Origin: Octopus bimaculoides
Lineage: Eukaryota
Reading direction: 5' to 3'
Assembly: GCF_001194135.2 (NCBI RefSeq)
Contig: NC_068983.1
Coordinates: 143,619,958-143,672,021, forward strand
DNA length: 52,064 bases
A model generated the notes under the pieces. It saw only the letters and a program-made list of their open reading frames with translations, did no database searches and had not been told where the DNA came from. This document shows, piece after piece, positions 1 through 11,534 of the stretch (position 1 is the stretch's first letter; every line of letters begins with the position of its first letter). The position numbers and the translations under genes were made by a program.

Positions 1-106
1 CAAACATCACCATTAGTAGCTCAGTGTTTTTTCATGCATAGCACAGAATGTAAACAGGTATACACTCACACATATAGATATATATACTTATGTCCACGTG
101 TATGTA

Positions 107-108
<2 letters not shown>

Positions 109-164
<56 letters not shown>

Positions 165-173
165 CGCACACAC
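109..173. repeat. Compound (TA)n(TG)n(CA)n microsatellite
   Basis: Uninterrupted alternating purine-pyrimidine run of about 65 nt. Confidence 0.95.
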
Positions 174-329
174 TCACAATGGAATTCCAACTTTTCACTC
201 ACAATTCATTGGTTGGTTGAGGGCTACAATAGAAGATACTTACCTAAGATGGATCTGAAACTGAAACCACAAATCTCTCAAAATCAGCAAATGTGCACAT
301 ACACACACATAAATATATCACCTATATTG

Positions 330-1535
330 ATCAGACTGTTGGATGTTGTGATTATACATTGCTAGTTGCACTGCATATGCAAATATCTCTTGATTGTGCC
401 CTTCTTTTCCATCATGTTCCAAATCTTTTAACTAAATCCTCTTCCCATTATTGTGGAGGCCTTCCAACTGGCCTTTTCCAATCCTTTGAATACCACTTGG
501 TAACTGCATGGGTCCACCTGTTGTCTGTGAACTTTACAGCATGTCCATCCTCGTAGAAATTTTCTTTTGCTATCCTGAAATCACATCATTCACTCTGCTC
601 TATTCTCAAATTACCATATTTCAATATCATTTCTTGTAATGATATTCCTAATATAAATCTTTCCATGGCCTTTTGCATTGTACCCAATCAGTGTTTTTTT
701 CTCTTCATAGTAGCTCAGAAGAGCACAGGTAGGGCAGTGCCATTGAAGAGACTGGCATGTTGACTCTTGTCCAGCTTTGTTTTGAGCACATCTTTTACCA
801 AGGTAAATGCTTTCCATCCAGTCTTTATTGCCCACAAAATTTCAGTGTCCATGTTTCAGTGTATATTCACTGTGTGCTCCAAGTAGACTTACTCCTTTAC
901 TTCCTTGATTTCATTGCTTCCAACCTTCATTTGGCCTTGTGCTACATCTCCAGACTGCGTGTATTTCTTCATGTGATTCATTTTAAGGCCTACTGTGGAA
1001 CTATGGGCATCCAGCTCTGTTAGCCTTGCCTACAGCTGATCTGTGCTTTTAGCAATGAGTAAGATATCATCTGTGAATCAAAGGTGTGTTAGTACTTCAC
1101 TGTTGATGTTCACACCACCTGTCCATCAATGTCTGACAACCATTTCTAGACATACAATGAAGAGCTTTCGAGAAATGGTATCTCTTTGCTTGATGTCTTT
1201 CTCAATTGGAATCTCTTCCACGTGGTGTTAGCCAAGATATATTGATGATGCATTCAGAGATTTCAGTACTGCATTCATCCCGATGCTACCAAAGGTCTTT
1301 TCATAGTTGACGAAAGTGATGTACAGAGGTAGCTTGTATTCTTTTACTTGTTCTATGAGCTGTTAGAGTGAATATGTCATACATCATGGTGTAGTTCCTA
1401 TGAAAAACTATTTGCTCCTTCAGCTGCTGATTATCAGGATGTTTCAATAATCTCATGACTATGACCTTCTAAACAGTTAGTAGAAGCATGTAGAGTGATA
1501 GTTTCTTGAATCTTCCTTACCTTCTTATAAAGCAA
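330..1535 (-). mobile_element. Decayed RTE-clade (RTE-1/BovB-like) LINE, RT domain to 3' end
   Basis: Minus-strand frames give KEYKLPLYITFVDYEKTFGSI, DTISRKLFIVCLE, VNINSEVLTHL*FTDDILLIA with stops and frameshifts; boundaries approximate. Confidence 0.8.
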
Positions 1536-1589
1536 GATTGTGTGTATAAATATAAATGCACACACACACACACACACACGCATATATAG

Positions 1590-1815
1590 CAACATTATTT
1601 TAATGTCCATTCTTCTGCGCTTGCATGGGTCAGATGGAATTTGTTGATCCAGATTTTCTACATCCGGATGCTTTTCTTGTCACCAAGCCTCACCTGTTTC
1701 CAAGCAAAGTATTATTTCCCCATGGCCAGACATGTTTTTCACAGAAGATTGAAAATGAATAACCTCACTTGTATGATGATGATGCTCATTTACAACCATC
1801 CCGTGATGTCTAGAC
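1590..1815 (-). mobile_element. Non-autonomous RTE-tailed repeat, family B (related copies near 5085-5232, 28870-29000, 35050-35290, 39945-40130, 49540-49740)
   Basis: Shared core ccatgcttgcatgggtcagatggaatttgttg...gtaatatttcccatggccagacatgtt recurring across the window. Confidence 0.65.
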
Positions 1816-1857
1816 AAGAATACACACGCACATGCACACACACACACACACACACGC

Positions 1858-2139
1858 GTGCTCATTGTTTTATATACATACCATCATCATCATCATCATC
1901 ATCATCGTTTAATGTCCGCTTTCCATGCTAGCATGGGTTGGAAGATTTGACTGAGGACTGGTGAACCAGATGGCTACACCAGGCTCCAATCTGATTTTTT
2001 TTCCTGCCAAATCAGATTGGAGCCTGGTGTTGCCATCTGGTTCACCAGTCCTCAGTCAAATCATCCAACCCATGCTAGCATGGAAAGCGGATGTTAAACG
2101 ATGATGATGATGATGGTATGTATATAAAACAATGAGCAC
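1858..2139. repeat. Long inverted repeat: SINE 3' half plus flank duplicated in fold-back orientation
   Basis: Arms 1858-1997 and 2009-2139 are reverse complements with 4 substitutions and a 9-nt (cat)n length difference. Confidence 0.97.
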
Positions 2140-2434
2140 AAAAAGAAGTCAACTTAAGAGGGTTAAGATGTAACAAATGTATTTAATGCTTAAAAAAATA
2201 GAAAGGGTATGCACACACACACACACACACACCTCTGTGTGTGTATGTATATATATACACATGGCTGTTTGTTGATAACTTTTTCTGCCTTGTAAGAGTA
2301 ATAGTGCCCAATTGTTCTTCTGTTTTAACGGTGATATTGCATTTGGAAATACCACTTTCTTGTCTGTATCATACGATACACATTCGGTGCTTCTAAAAAG
2401 CAAATATAAGTTTGTTTATATACACGCGTGGTTG

Positions 2435-2467
<33 letters not shown>

Positions 2468-3079
2468 TTTTATTCTTACTTGTACTATTTGAAAAGGTAG
2501 ATGAGATTACCAGGTTATATCATAAAATATTTAGCTTCATCATATATAGTACAATCTGAATTTAATATCTCACCAAGACCAATTCTGAGGTTGATAAAAT
2601 AACAGCCAATGATATGTATCAATTCTATCAAGTACATTCCTCCATTAAAAATCTAAATTATTACTTCAGGTGAATATTTACCATACACATACATCACATA
2701 CATGTAATTATCATATATATGTATGTGTGTATGCATGTGGTTTGGGAGATGGAATTGATTATCTTAATGAAATCACTGCATTAATTTTTCTTTCTCTAAT
2801 TGGCTATTACCCTGCAAATATTGAATGTTAATTAAATTAAAGTTTTGCAATAATATAACAATATCATAGTTCTCTTACATAGTTACTGTATCTAGATCCC
2901 CAAATTGATAACAGATAATTAAAAATGTAATCAATATTATAGAATTTTCCAGAAATCAAAGATGACCAAATATGCTATAGGTCCTACTATATACATTCAT
3001 ACATATATATATGTATGTGCATATTTATATGTATATATACTTTTATGTGTACACCCACACAAACACACTATATATATAT

Positions 3080-3680
3080 ATCATCATCATCATCATCGTT
3101 TAACATCTGATTTCCATGCTAGCATGGGTTGGACGATTTGACTGAGGACTGATGAGCTGGATGGCTGCACCAGGCTCCAATCTGATCTGGCAGAATTTCT
3201 ACTGCTGGATGCCCTTCCTAACGCCAACCACTCCGAGAGTGTAATGGGTACTTTTACTCAAAATGATGTTTTTTACGTGCCACCTGCACAGGAGCCAATC
3301 CAGTGGCACTGGCAACAACCTCGCTTGAATGATTTTCTAATGTGCCACCGGCACAAGTGCCAGAAAGGCAACGCTGGTAATGATCACGCTCAAATGGTGC
3401 TATTTACATGCCGCTAGCACGGAAGCCAGACAGCTGCTCTGGCAATGATCATGCTCAAACGGTGCTGTTAGTGCTCCACTGGCACAGGTGTCGGTCATCA
3501 AATATGGTTCAATTACGATTTCAATTTCACTTGCCCCAACAGGTCTTCGCAAGCAGAATTTAGTGTCCAATGAAGGAGAGGTTGGCATGGGTGCCAGTCG
3601 TCGAATTTGGTTCGATTTCGATTCCAATTCACTTACCTCAACAGGTCTTTGCAATAGAGTTTAGTGTCCAATGAAGTAAA
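3080..3680 (-). mobile_element. RTE-family 3' UTR/tail with internal tandem units
   Basis: (cat)n tail, same core as young SINE copies, repeated tggcac/atgatcacgctc units and a ~52-nt direct repeat ending tttagtgtccaatgaag. Confidence 0.8.
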
Positions 3681-5899
3681 GATACAAATAAGTGAGTTGG
3701 CTACATTTCTGGTAGAGGCCACAGACTATGCTCTTTGGATAACACCGGTGGCCTGGAGAGGGGAGCCTGGTATGCATGGGTGATCGCTGGTCTTCCACAA
3801 ACAACCTTGCACAGACTTGTACCTTGGAGGGAAACAAGTGCAATCCTATGGTCATTTATGACCGAAGGCAATTTTTACCCTTTTTACTCATGGAAGGATA
3901 GGGACCCAATGCTACCAGCAGATTTAGAAATGAAAGAGCCTAATTTATAAAGGAAATACTGATATCCTGTGTCTGGTCTCTTGGAGAAAGCACGTAGATA
4001 GTTGACTAAACAACTGAGTACAATTGGTAGTCAACCAAATGATTGTATGGAATAATTAGTTAAACAACTTTGAATTGCTGCAAGTATTTTGTTTTGTTTT
4101 GTGGCAAAAACAGTTTATTCTGCATTACACAACAGTCTTGAATATGGAGTGCGTTTTCAGGGATTGATGGGGGTGGGTGAGGGTAACTCTGTAGAAAATT
4201 AAATAAGTTGAAAGTGCCTAAGCAGACAGGGCACCTTGACTACCAAGCTCTGAGAAGCAGAAGCCACTGTAACAATAGAAAATGCTAAGAGAGAGAGAGA
4301 GAGGAGATAGCATATTAATTGCAATAGACTACTATACTATCCAAGGAAAGAGATTCATCTGTCATCTATGAAATTGGAAATAAATATCTGTTAGTTCTCA
4401 AGAACATTTTAAAGCTTAATTCCATGGTATTGCCTTGGAGAGCTGACATCTTTTTACATCTTGGTGAACTGAAACATTTGAGAAGCTTTAAGTATTTTGA
4501 CTATAGAGGCAGGCTGTATATCAGTGACTAGATATTTATCTGGCCATCTATAGACCTTATCCAACAACTCAAAAAATTAAAAAGATTTTTTTTAAACATT
4601 TCAAATTGTAAAACAGTTACACAATACACACACATATATATATATATATATATATTATATATTTGTGGGTATATATATATTTGATTATATTTATTTATTT
4701 TCTTTTAGTTAACAATTAACTCCGACAAAACAAATTGGTTAATAGATACCAGTGTAGCAAAGATCACAAAATGACTGTGGTGTAACTCCTGTTTATGAGG
4801 TAGAAACTCCCTGTTAATTTGGGGTATTTTGAGTAAATATAAAATTTAATAAATGGAGTAATATGCATATGTTAAATGAATTTTTTCATTTCCGACATAT
4901 GTTTCAAAGATTACAAATGGTTCCTTCCAATGGAATGAGTGATGTTGATAAAGATGTAATCTTCTCTTCAGGGAAATTCATAAGAGCCAACTTAACTGTA
5001 AGACATTTTAACTGAATGTGACAACTGCGGGTAGAGAAGATTGCTACATATCTTATTTGAAATACATTATTTCCAGCCTTCCATGGAAAACATATATCTG
5101 GCTTTAGGAAATATTACACCTTGCATGGTAACAAGTGAAGGTTGGCAATAGGAAGGGCAGCCAACCATAGAAATTTTGCCTTAACAAATTCCATCTGACC
5201 TATGAAACAATGGAAAAGTGGATACTAAATGATAATAACAATCATTTGGATGTTAATTTTTCATATTCCTCCGTTGACCTCAGTGTCAAATCTTGATGCC
5301 AGATCCTTTGTTATTGCTAACCTGTATTGGACTAAAATCCTATCCAGGAGGAGATTTATCTCATTTTCTGAATGTCATAAACCCAGAGTTAAGCACCATC
5401 TTAGTTATCCTTTACATGCATTGTAATATCTCTTAATTCATATTTTTAAGGGGTTATGGTATTTTTAAGTGGTTCAATGAACACAAGATAAAGTCATTGA
5501 AGTACTTTAGTTTTGTTCTCTACATTCTGTGTTCAAATGCAGTTAGCATTCATTCGTCTTTCATTATTCTATGTGAAGAAAAAGTAAGAAGCAATAAATC
5601 TTTGACAAAAGCTATTGTCTACAAGATGTGGCTTGGTGACAATTTAAAGCATGAATTATTTATTTACCCATTGTGTAGTGATTTCAAAATGCACTTTTTA
5701 ATGTATGAATTAGATTCAACTATATCATTTGTACAGCATCCAACCATTGAAAATCTGCCTCAACAAATTCTCTGACCCATGCAATCATAGAAAAGTGGCT
5801 TTTAAAATGGTGATACATTGAATGTGACAACATAAGCAATTAGAAATAAAATGAAACAGGTAGTGGAAATACAATTTTATTGAATGTGCATGTATTTGT

Positions 5900-5902
<3 letters not shown>

Positions 5903-5944
<42 letters not shown>

Positions 5945-5953
5945 TATTATACA

Positions 5954-6009
<56 letters not shown>

Positions 6010-6022
6010 TACACTCACACAC
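5903..6022. repeat. Quasi-palindromic (TA)n/(CA)n/(TG)n microsatellite cluster
   Basis: Direct reading of the sequence. Confidence 0.9.
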
Positions 6023-6397
6023 ACTTATTGGTACAGGGATAACTATCTAATTAAGAAGTTCACTTTGCAAATGCATGGTTCCAGGTTCAATGTTACAGAG
6101 TGGTATGACCATGAGCAAGTTTTTCTCTTTTCTTGTTGATACTAGTCTCAAATTGACCAATGCCTTATAAATGAAATTTGATAAAAGGAGATTGCAGATG
6201 CCCATTGTGTGTGTGTGTGCGCATATATATATAGAAATTATTCTTGAATTTATTTTAATTAAGCAAATGTTTTTGAAAGCTCTTAACTGTACATTAAAGT
6301 ATTATTGTTGGAACAAATCTGCTATCAAGAAATGTCTTGGGCACAAAGTGTTTGTTTTTATTTCATATCTGTTAGCTATTGTTTCATGTTGATGTAG

Positions 6398-6534
6398 GCT
6401 GGACCAATCGAGCTCTCAAATCCTTGACCTTCCTGAATTTACGTTTCCCAAATAATATTGATGTGATAAACGATCTTGGAATCACCAACTTGATATTAGG
6501 TCGCAATGAGGATGCTAAAAAATTATTTAAACAG
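6398..6534 (+). CDS. ASPH: ASPH internal coding exon (TPR region), first ASPH exon visible in window; upstream exons lie outside
   Basis: AG at 6396-6397, GT at 6535; phase-1 start, (G)WTNRALKSLTFLNLRFPNNIDVINDLGITNLILGRNEDAKKLFKQ aligns by eye to human GHMRGSLLTLQRLVQLFPNDTSLKNDLGVGYLLIGDNDNAKKVYEE. Confidence 0.88.
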
Positions 6535-6964
6535 GTTAGTAACAGCTTTTTATTTTCGCATCCTTTCCATTTTTTTTTTTTTAATTTTGCATATTATTTT
6601 TACTCAACCTGCATGAAAAGAAGCAGAGAATACATTGAAGAAATTACAATTGCTCATTCAGTTGACAGGGAAATTTGCCAGTTTCTGTTTTAATGTGTGT
6701 GGAGGAAGAGAAAGTAACAATCAACTGGATAAATATATACAAGATTTATATAGTAATAAAAATAAAACAAGTGGGTATTTTAGGGCATTACTACACATGT
6801 TTGTATAGCATGTTTATTAAGAACACAAGTACATTATATAACTTAAATGGTAATGTTATGCAACATTAACATTACACAAGTTTGTGTTTTCATAAAACAC
6901 TACTTCCTGAGGCAATACACCTCAGAATATTTTTTTGGTGATATGCCGCCAAATATATAGCTGC

Positions 6965-7352
6965 GAGGTGCAGATGTGGCTGTGTGGTAAGAAGCTTGCT
7001 TCCCATCCACAATTCCAGGCTCAGTCCCACTGTATGGCACCTTAGGCAAGTGTCTTCTACTATAACCTTGGGCCAACCAAAACCTTGTGAATGGATTTGA
7101 CAGAAGAAAACTGAAAGAAGTCCATCGTATATATGTGTGCATGTGTTTGTCCAGCCCCACTGCTTGACAACTAGTGTTGGTGTGTTTACTTCCTAATAAT
7201 TTAGTGGTTCTGCAAAAGAGACCAATAGCATGAGAATCAAGCTTAAAAAATAAATACTGGGACTGATTCATTCAGCTAAAATTCTTCAAGTCCATGCATG
7301 GCCAGCATGACCACAGTCTAATGACTGAAACAAGTAAAAAATAAAAGATATA
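6965..7352 (+). mobile_element. tRNA-derived SINE, near full length, with CR1-like 3' tail
   Basis: A-box-like tggctgtgtggtaag, B-box-like ggctcagtccc, core gcaagtgtcttctactata...gccttgtgagtggattt, tail ccagcatgaccacagtctaatgactgaaacaagtaaaa. Confidence 0.8.
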
Positions 7353-9174
7353 TAAATCATATATTATTCCAGGGAATGATGAGTTCAAAGAAACGGTGTT
7401 CAGCTGGACTAAAGGGCTTAAGGACAAATCTGAGACTGAATAAACATTTAATCCATGGTCATTAGTCCCTTAAAACACGTTTTTGTTTTTTTTTGCCTGA
7501 GGTTCTTTGGAACTCTTAGAAGAGCCATAGACAAAACAAAATATATTTCAATAGACCTATGATTAAGGATTAAATGTGAATATTATGTATTATATATATC
7601 CAGCTGATTGTTATTCTCTTTGGTTAAGCAAGCACTATAAACTGGTAAAACTACCTACAACTTCCTGTAATATTAAATGGATGAGACCATATAATTGACT
7701 GGACAATGGGTAGCAAATAAACAGAAATGTAAAATCAACTAGCATCACAATACATGCAGATTTAAGCCATGACTTAACTGAAGAGGTATGGGAGAGGTAA
7801 ATGAGGGATGAACTGACTGGGTACCAGGGAAACTCCAGAATAAGTCAACTTAATCAGTCAAAATAAAATATATCCTACCAGGGTACTGAGAACTTTTTTC
7901 TCTCATTTGTTAGCAGAATAAACATATATCAACACACATACTCACATAATGTGTGGGGTGGGAGTATATCTCTACATGTCACCAATTGCTGCAGTCCCTT
8001 GTTACTTTAGTGACATTCAGCATCTTGAGATCAGTTTACACCTCTTTGTTCCATATTTTTCTTATTTTTTTTTTCTTTTCTACAAGCACTATCTGCCATC
8101 CATTAAAAATGCTTGGCTCATAATTTTATACAGCTGGCTTTATCCCAACACATCAAATGCTCATACTAATGCAGTTTTCTCTCTTGTTAACTACATTTGA
8201 TTCCTCCTGAACATAGCTTTTTTCTCAAGTTATTTGTACTGCATTTTTCATGCACACTGACTTTACATAGCTAGGGAAGCATGCTCACCTCATTTCTTTC
8301 TAGCCTAAGCAATTCCTCAGATCCAGGCCTATGCTTGTTATTTTCTTCAGCTCACTTGTAGATTACATTATGATCTTGCTGCATGTTTGCAGCATCACCA
8401 GAATTCTTTATTACTGTAAATACTTTTATATCATTGGCATGACTTGTGAGAATGACTGTTTGTACAAATAAGGGTTTATCTAATACAACCACAACATACA
8501 GCAATGGTCCTCATCCCCAAGACCAGTCTCTATGGGACTCTATTCAAAACTGGTGTGTTCCTTTGAGAGAGAGCACTGTTGGCTGTGACCCTCTGACTTT
8601 TATCCCTTAAAAAAGTCATGCAGCCATTCTTCAAATCTCCAGATTATACTGAGATCAAGCAGTTTGTGACACACTCTCCCAAAAAGTCATGATTTATAAC
8701 ATCCATGGTTAAACGGTTGAGTGGCTATTTCAGCACCTCATCATAATGCTGCAAGAGTTGCACAAGGTAGCATTTTCTTGGAAAAAGCCATGATGAGGGT
8801 AAGTCAGCAAATCATTTTCTTGTGAGAACATGATTAATTTTCTTCTGACAATTCATTCTATATACTGCAGATATGTGAAGACAGAGACACAGGCCTGAAA
8901 TTTTTAGCATGTGCTCTACTTCCACTTATGATAATATATATAATTATCTCCCCTCCATTCTAATTTTTTTTCAATTCCTGTGAGACTGATCTCCCTTGAC
9001 CTATATCACTATAAATCCCATGTGAGATCCATACTAACCAATCAAAAGAGTAAGTTCTATCTGCCATCTTGTTACGTCATTTGCTATTGCATCATTTCTA
9101 TTCAAAATGGCTGCCTGATGAAAAGCTTCAACTCATATAGAAATTTCTAGTTTCAACCAATCTGTTTCCAAAGT

Positions 9175-10075
9175 AAAACTGCAAAATGACCTGCATGCAA
9201 TATACAAACAGGCTGATGAAAATAACATGCAGTTCAATGCTGATAAGTTTCAAGCACTTCTCTATCAGTCCACAAACAAGACTACAATCGGAATACATAG
9301 GACCAGGGGGCAGTGCAATCCCAGAGTTAGAATCAATGCATGACCTGGGAATCCACATGAGTAGTGATGCAACATTCCATGTGCATATTGCCAGGATGGC
9401 AACACTGTGAAGGTGTGTAGTTGGATGTATCCCTAGATCATTCAGAACCAGAAGTAAGGATGCCTTTCTATTCCTATTGAGGACATTTGTCCTCAGTCAT
9501 CTGGATTACTGCTCCCAACTGTGTTTGCCACAGAGTACCAAATTGGTGGCAGAACTTGAGGCAATCCAAAGAAGACTGACTCAGTGAAACAGATGAACTA
9601 CTGGAAGAGGCTACAAGAACTGAAACTTTACTCCCTGGAGAGAAGGCGAGAAAGGTATGCAGTAATATACACATGGAAGATCCTGAAAGGTCTAGCTCCC
9701 AACTTTGGAATTGAAAGCTATACCAACCACTGAATTGGATGGCACTGCATAATACTAAAGATACTGTCTTCTTAATCACATATAAGGACTAAATATTGCA
9801 ACAGCTTAGATTTCAGGGGAACACAATTGTTTAACATCCTGCCAAGGAACCCAAGAGATCTGCAAGGTGTAGATGTGGAAATGTTCAAAAAGCATCTTGA
9901 CAAATTTCTATCTGAAATCCCAGATGAGCCCACATCAAAGCAGGAAGCACAAAGAAGAGCAGCTTCATACAACTCACATCTTCACCAAAAACAGTACCGA
10001 AAGGAGACTCAAAAACACTGAGTGGTAGTGCTCCAGCATGGCTCCAACCTCTGGCTGAAACCAGTAAAAGAATGA
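9175..10075 (+). mobile_element. 5'-truncated CR1/L2-group LINE (RT C-terminus and 3' UTR)
   Basis: LQNDLHAIYKQADENNMQFNADKFQ, DLGIHMSSD, HLDYCSQL, LYSLERRRERY, FKKHLDKFLSEIPDEP; stops present. Confidence 0.85.
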
Positions 10076-10194
10076 TGATGAAATATATATATCACAAAAA
10101 ATCTGTTCTGCTCTGGCCCTTTCTCTTATACTTTTACCATTCATGTCCAATCCTTTGAGATTCATAGTCTTACAAGCTGCATGACAAACTCATT

Positions 10195-10375
10195 AGTGTT
10201 GGTGGCACAAAAATGCACCCAGTACATGGTGTAAAATGGTTGCATTAGGAAGGGCATCCAGCTGTAGAAACCATGCCTGTGCGACATTGGAACATGGTAT
10301 AGTCCTTTCATTTCTTGGTTCCTGTTAAATCATCTAACCCATGCCAGCATGGAACCTGGACATTGAATGGGATTG
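10195..10375 (+). mobile_element. Old RTE-tailed SINE copy
   Basis: aggaagggcatccagctgtagaaac...aacccatgccagcatgga core. Confidence 0.7.
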
Positions 10376-10424
10376 GTGGTGTTATGTTAATATCTGTGTG
10401 GGTGTTTTATCATTGTTATCATCG

Positions 10425-11020
10425 TCATCATCATTGTTTATAATGTCCATGTTTCATGGTGGTATGAGTTGTATCATTTGACATGGGCCAATGAGCCAGG
10501 AACTGTGACAAGGTCTGCTCCTGCTTTTGCATGGTTTCTGCAACTTGGTGTCCTTCCTAACACAACTATTTTATAGAGTGTACTGTGTGCTTTTTACATG
10601 GTACCATCACTAGTGAAGTCACCTAGTAACTTGTAAGACAAAGCACCTCTACTGAGTGGCTATGTAGTATTGAGGGAAGTGGCTTTGTGCTAGGTGATGA
10701 GAGGTTAACATATGATAGAGGGACAGGAACGGGTGTCTTGCTGTAGAGAGGTTACATGGCTACCCCAGTTGGAAAAAGAGCTATGGTGGTGATGAGGCGC
10801 TTGGGAATATCCCTATGTTACCGGAAGGTGAATATAAGAGAAGTGGAACAGAAGAGCAGACAAGGTGAGTGGATAGGTAAGTTTGTGAGAATGTGAAAGG
10901 TGAGATGGGGATGAAGATGAATACAGTGAATGGTGATCATGGATGAAGACATGGTCCATGGTGAATATCAGTTTGGTGGGTTAGGTGGAGGAAATAGGAG
11001 TGGGTCAAGGAGGTATAAAT
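10425..11020 (-). mobile_element. Old long RTE-tailed non-autonomous element with a pyrimidine-rich 5' body (purine-rich on +)
   Basis: Degenerate tail at 10425-10600 then purine-rich run; same layout at 23650-24735 (+) and 45420-45970 (-). Confidence 0.55.
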
Positions 11021-11214
11021 GACTAGAAATATAAAAAAATATGCTGATGTACTAATCTCTATATTCATTGTAATTATCTTGGATATACACTTGGTAAAAT
11101 GTTTACAATCCAGTTAAGTGAACTCAAGATTTACCCACCGAATGAAATACATTGGGATTGTTTATCTTAAGCAATCCTAGATGCTCCTTACAACTCAATG
11201 CAGTTAGCCATAAC

Positions 11215-11385
11215 TTAGATTATAACTAAGTGCTTGCATGGTACCTGCCTGGATAATTTATTCCTGTGTGTGTGTGTGTAGCAAATTCTCAGAGTCAAGC
11301 AAGTATCTTCCATTATATCCCTGAGACAACTCAAGCCTTGTGAGTGAATTTGGCAGACAGCTACTGAAAGAAGCCTGTCATATAT
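11215..11385 (-). mobile_element. tRNA-SINE fragment (same family as 6965-7352)
   Basis: Reverse complement of the gcaagtgtcttc...caagccttgtgagtgaatttggcagac core. Confidence 0.65.
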
Positions 11386-11534
11386 AGATATATATGTACA
11401 TGCATATATGTTTATGTTCATGTAATGATTGTAAATGAGCATCAGCATCACACAAATGATGCTATTCAAATCTGGTCTTCATTGGAGAAATATTATCTTG
11501 CTTGGAAACAGGTGAGGAGTAGTGACAGGAACAG

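Noticed and set aside
3290-3660. Spaced repeats superficially like a CRISPR array (also 11698-12005, 29510-29715)
   Set aside because: Eukaryotic context, degenerate units without unique spacers, no cas genes; they are the RTE 3' UTR module.
5497-5775. ORF containing EKVRSNKSLTKAI, resembling human ASPH EKRRSNEVLRGAI from the expected upstream exon
   Set aside because: Similarity stops after 13 residues, the rest does not match (no DRxxF|G end), and no splice sites give a phase-1 join to exon 6398. Treated as chance; TBLASTN with a molluscan ASPH would settle it.
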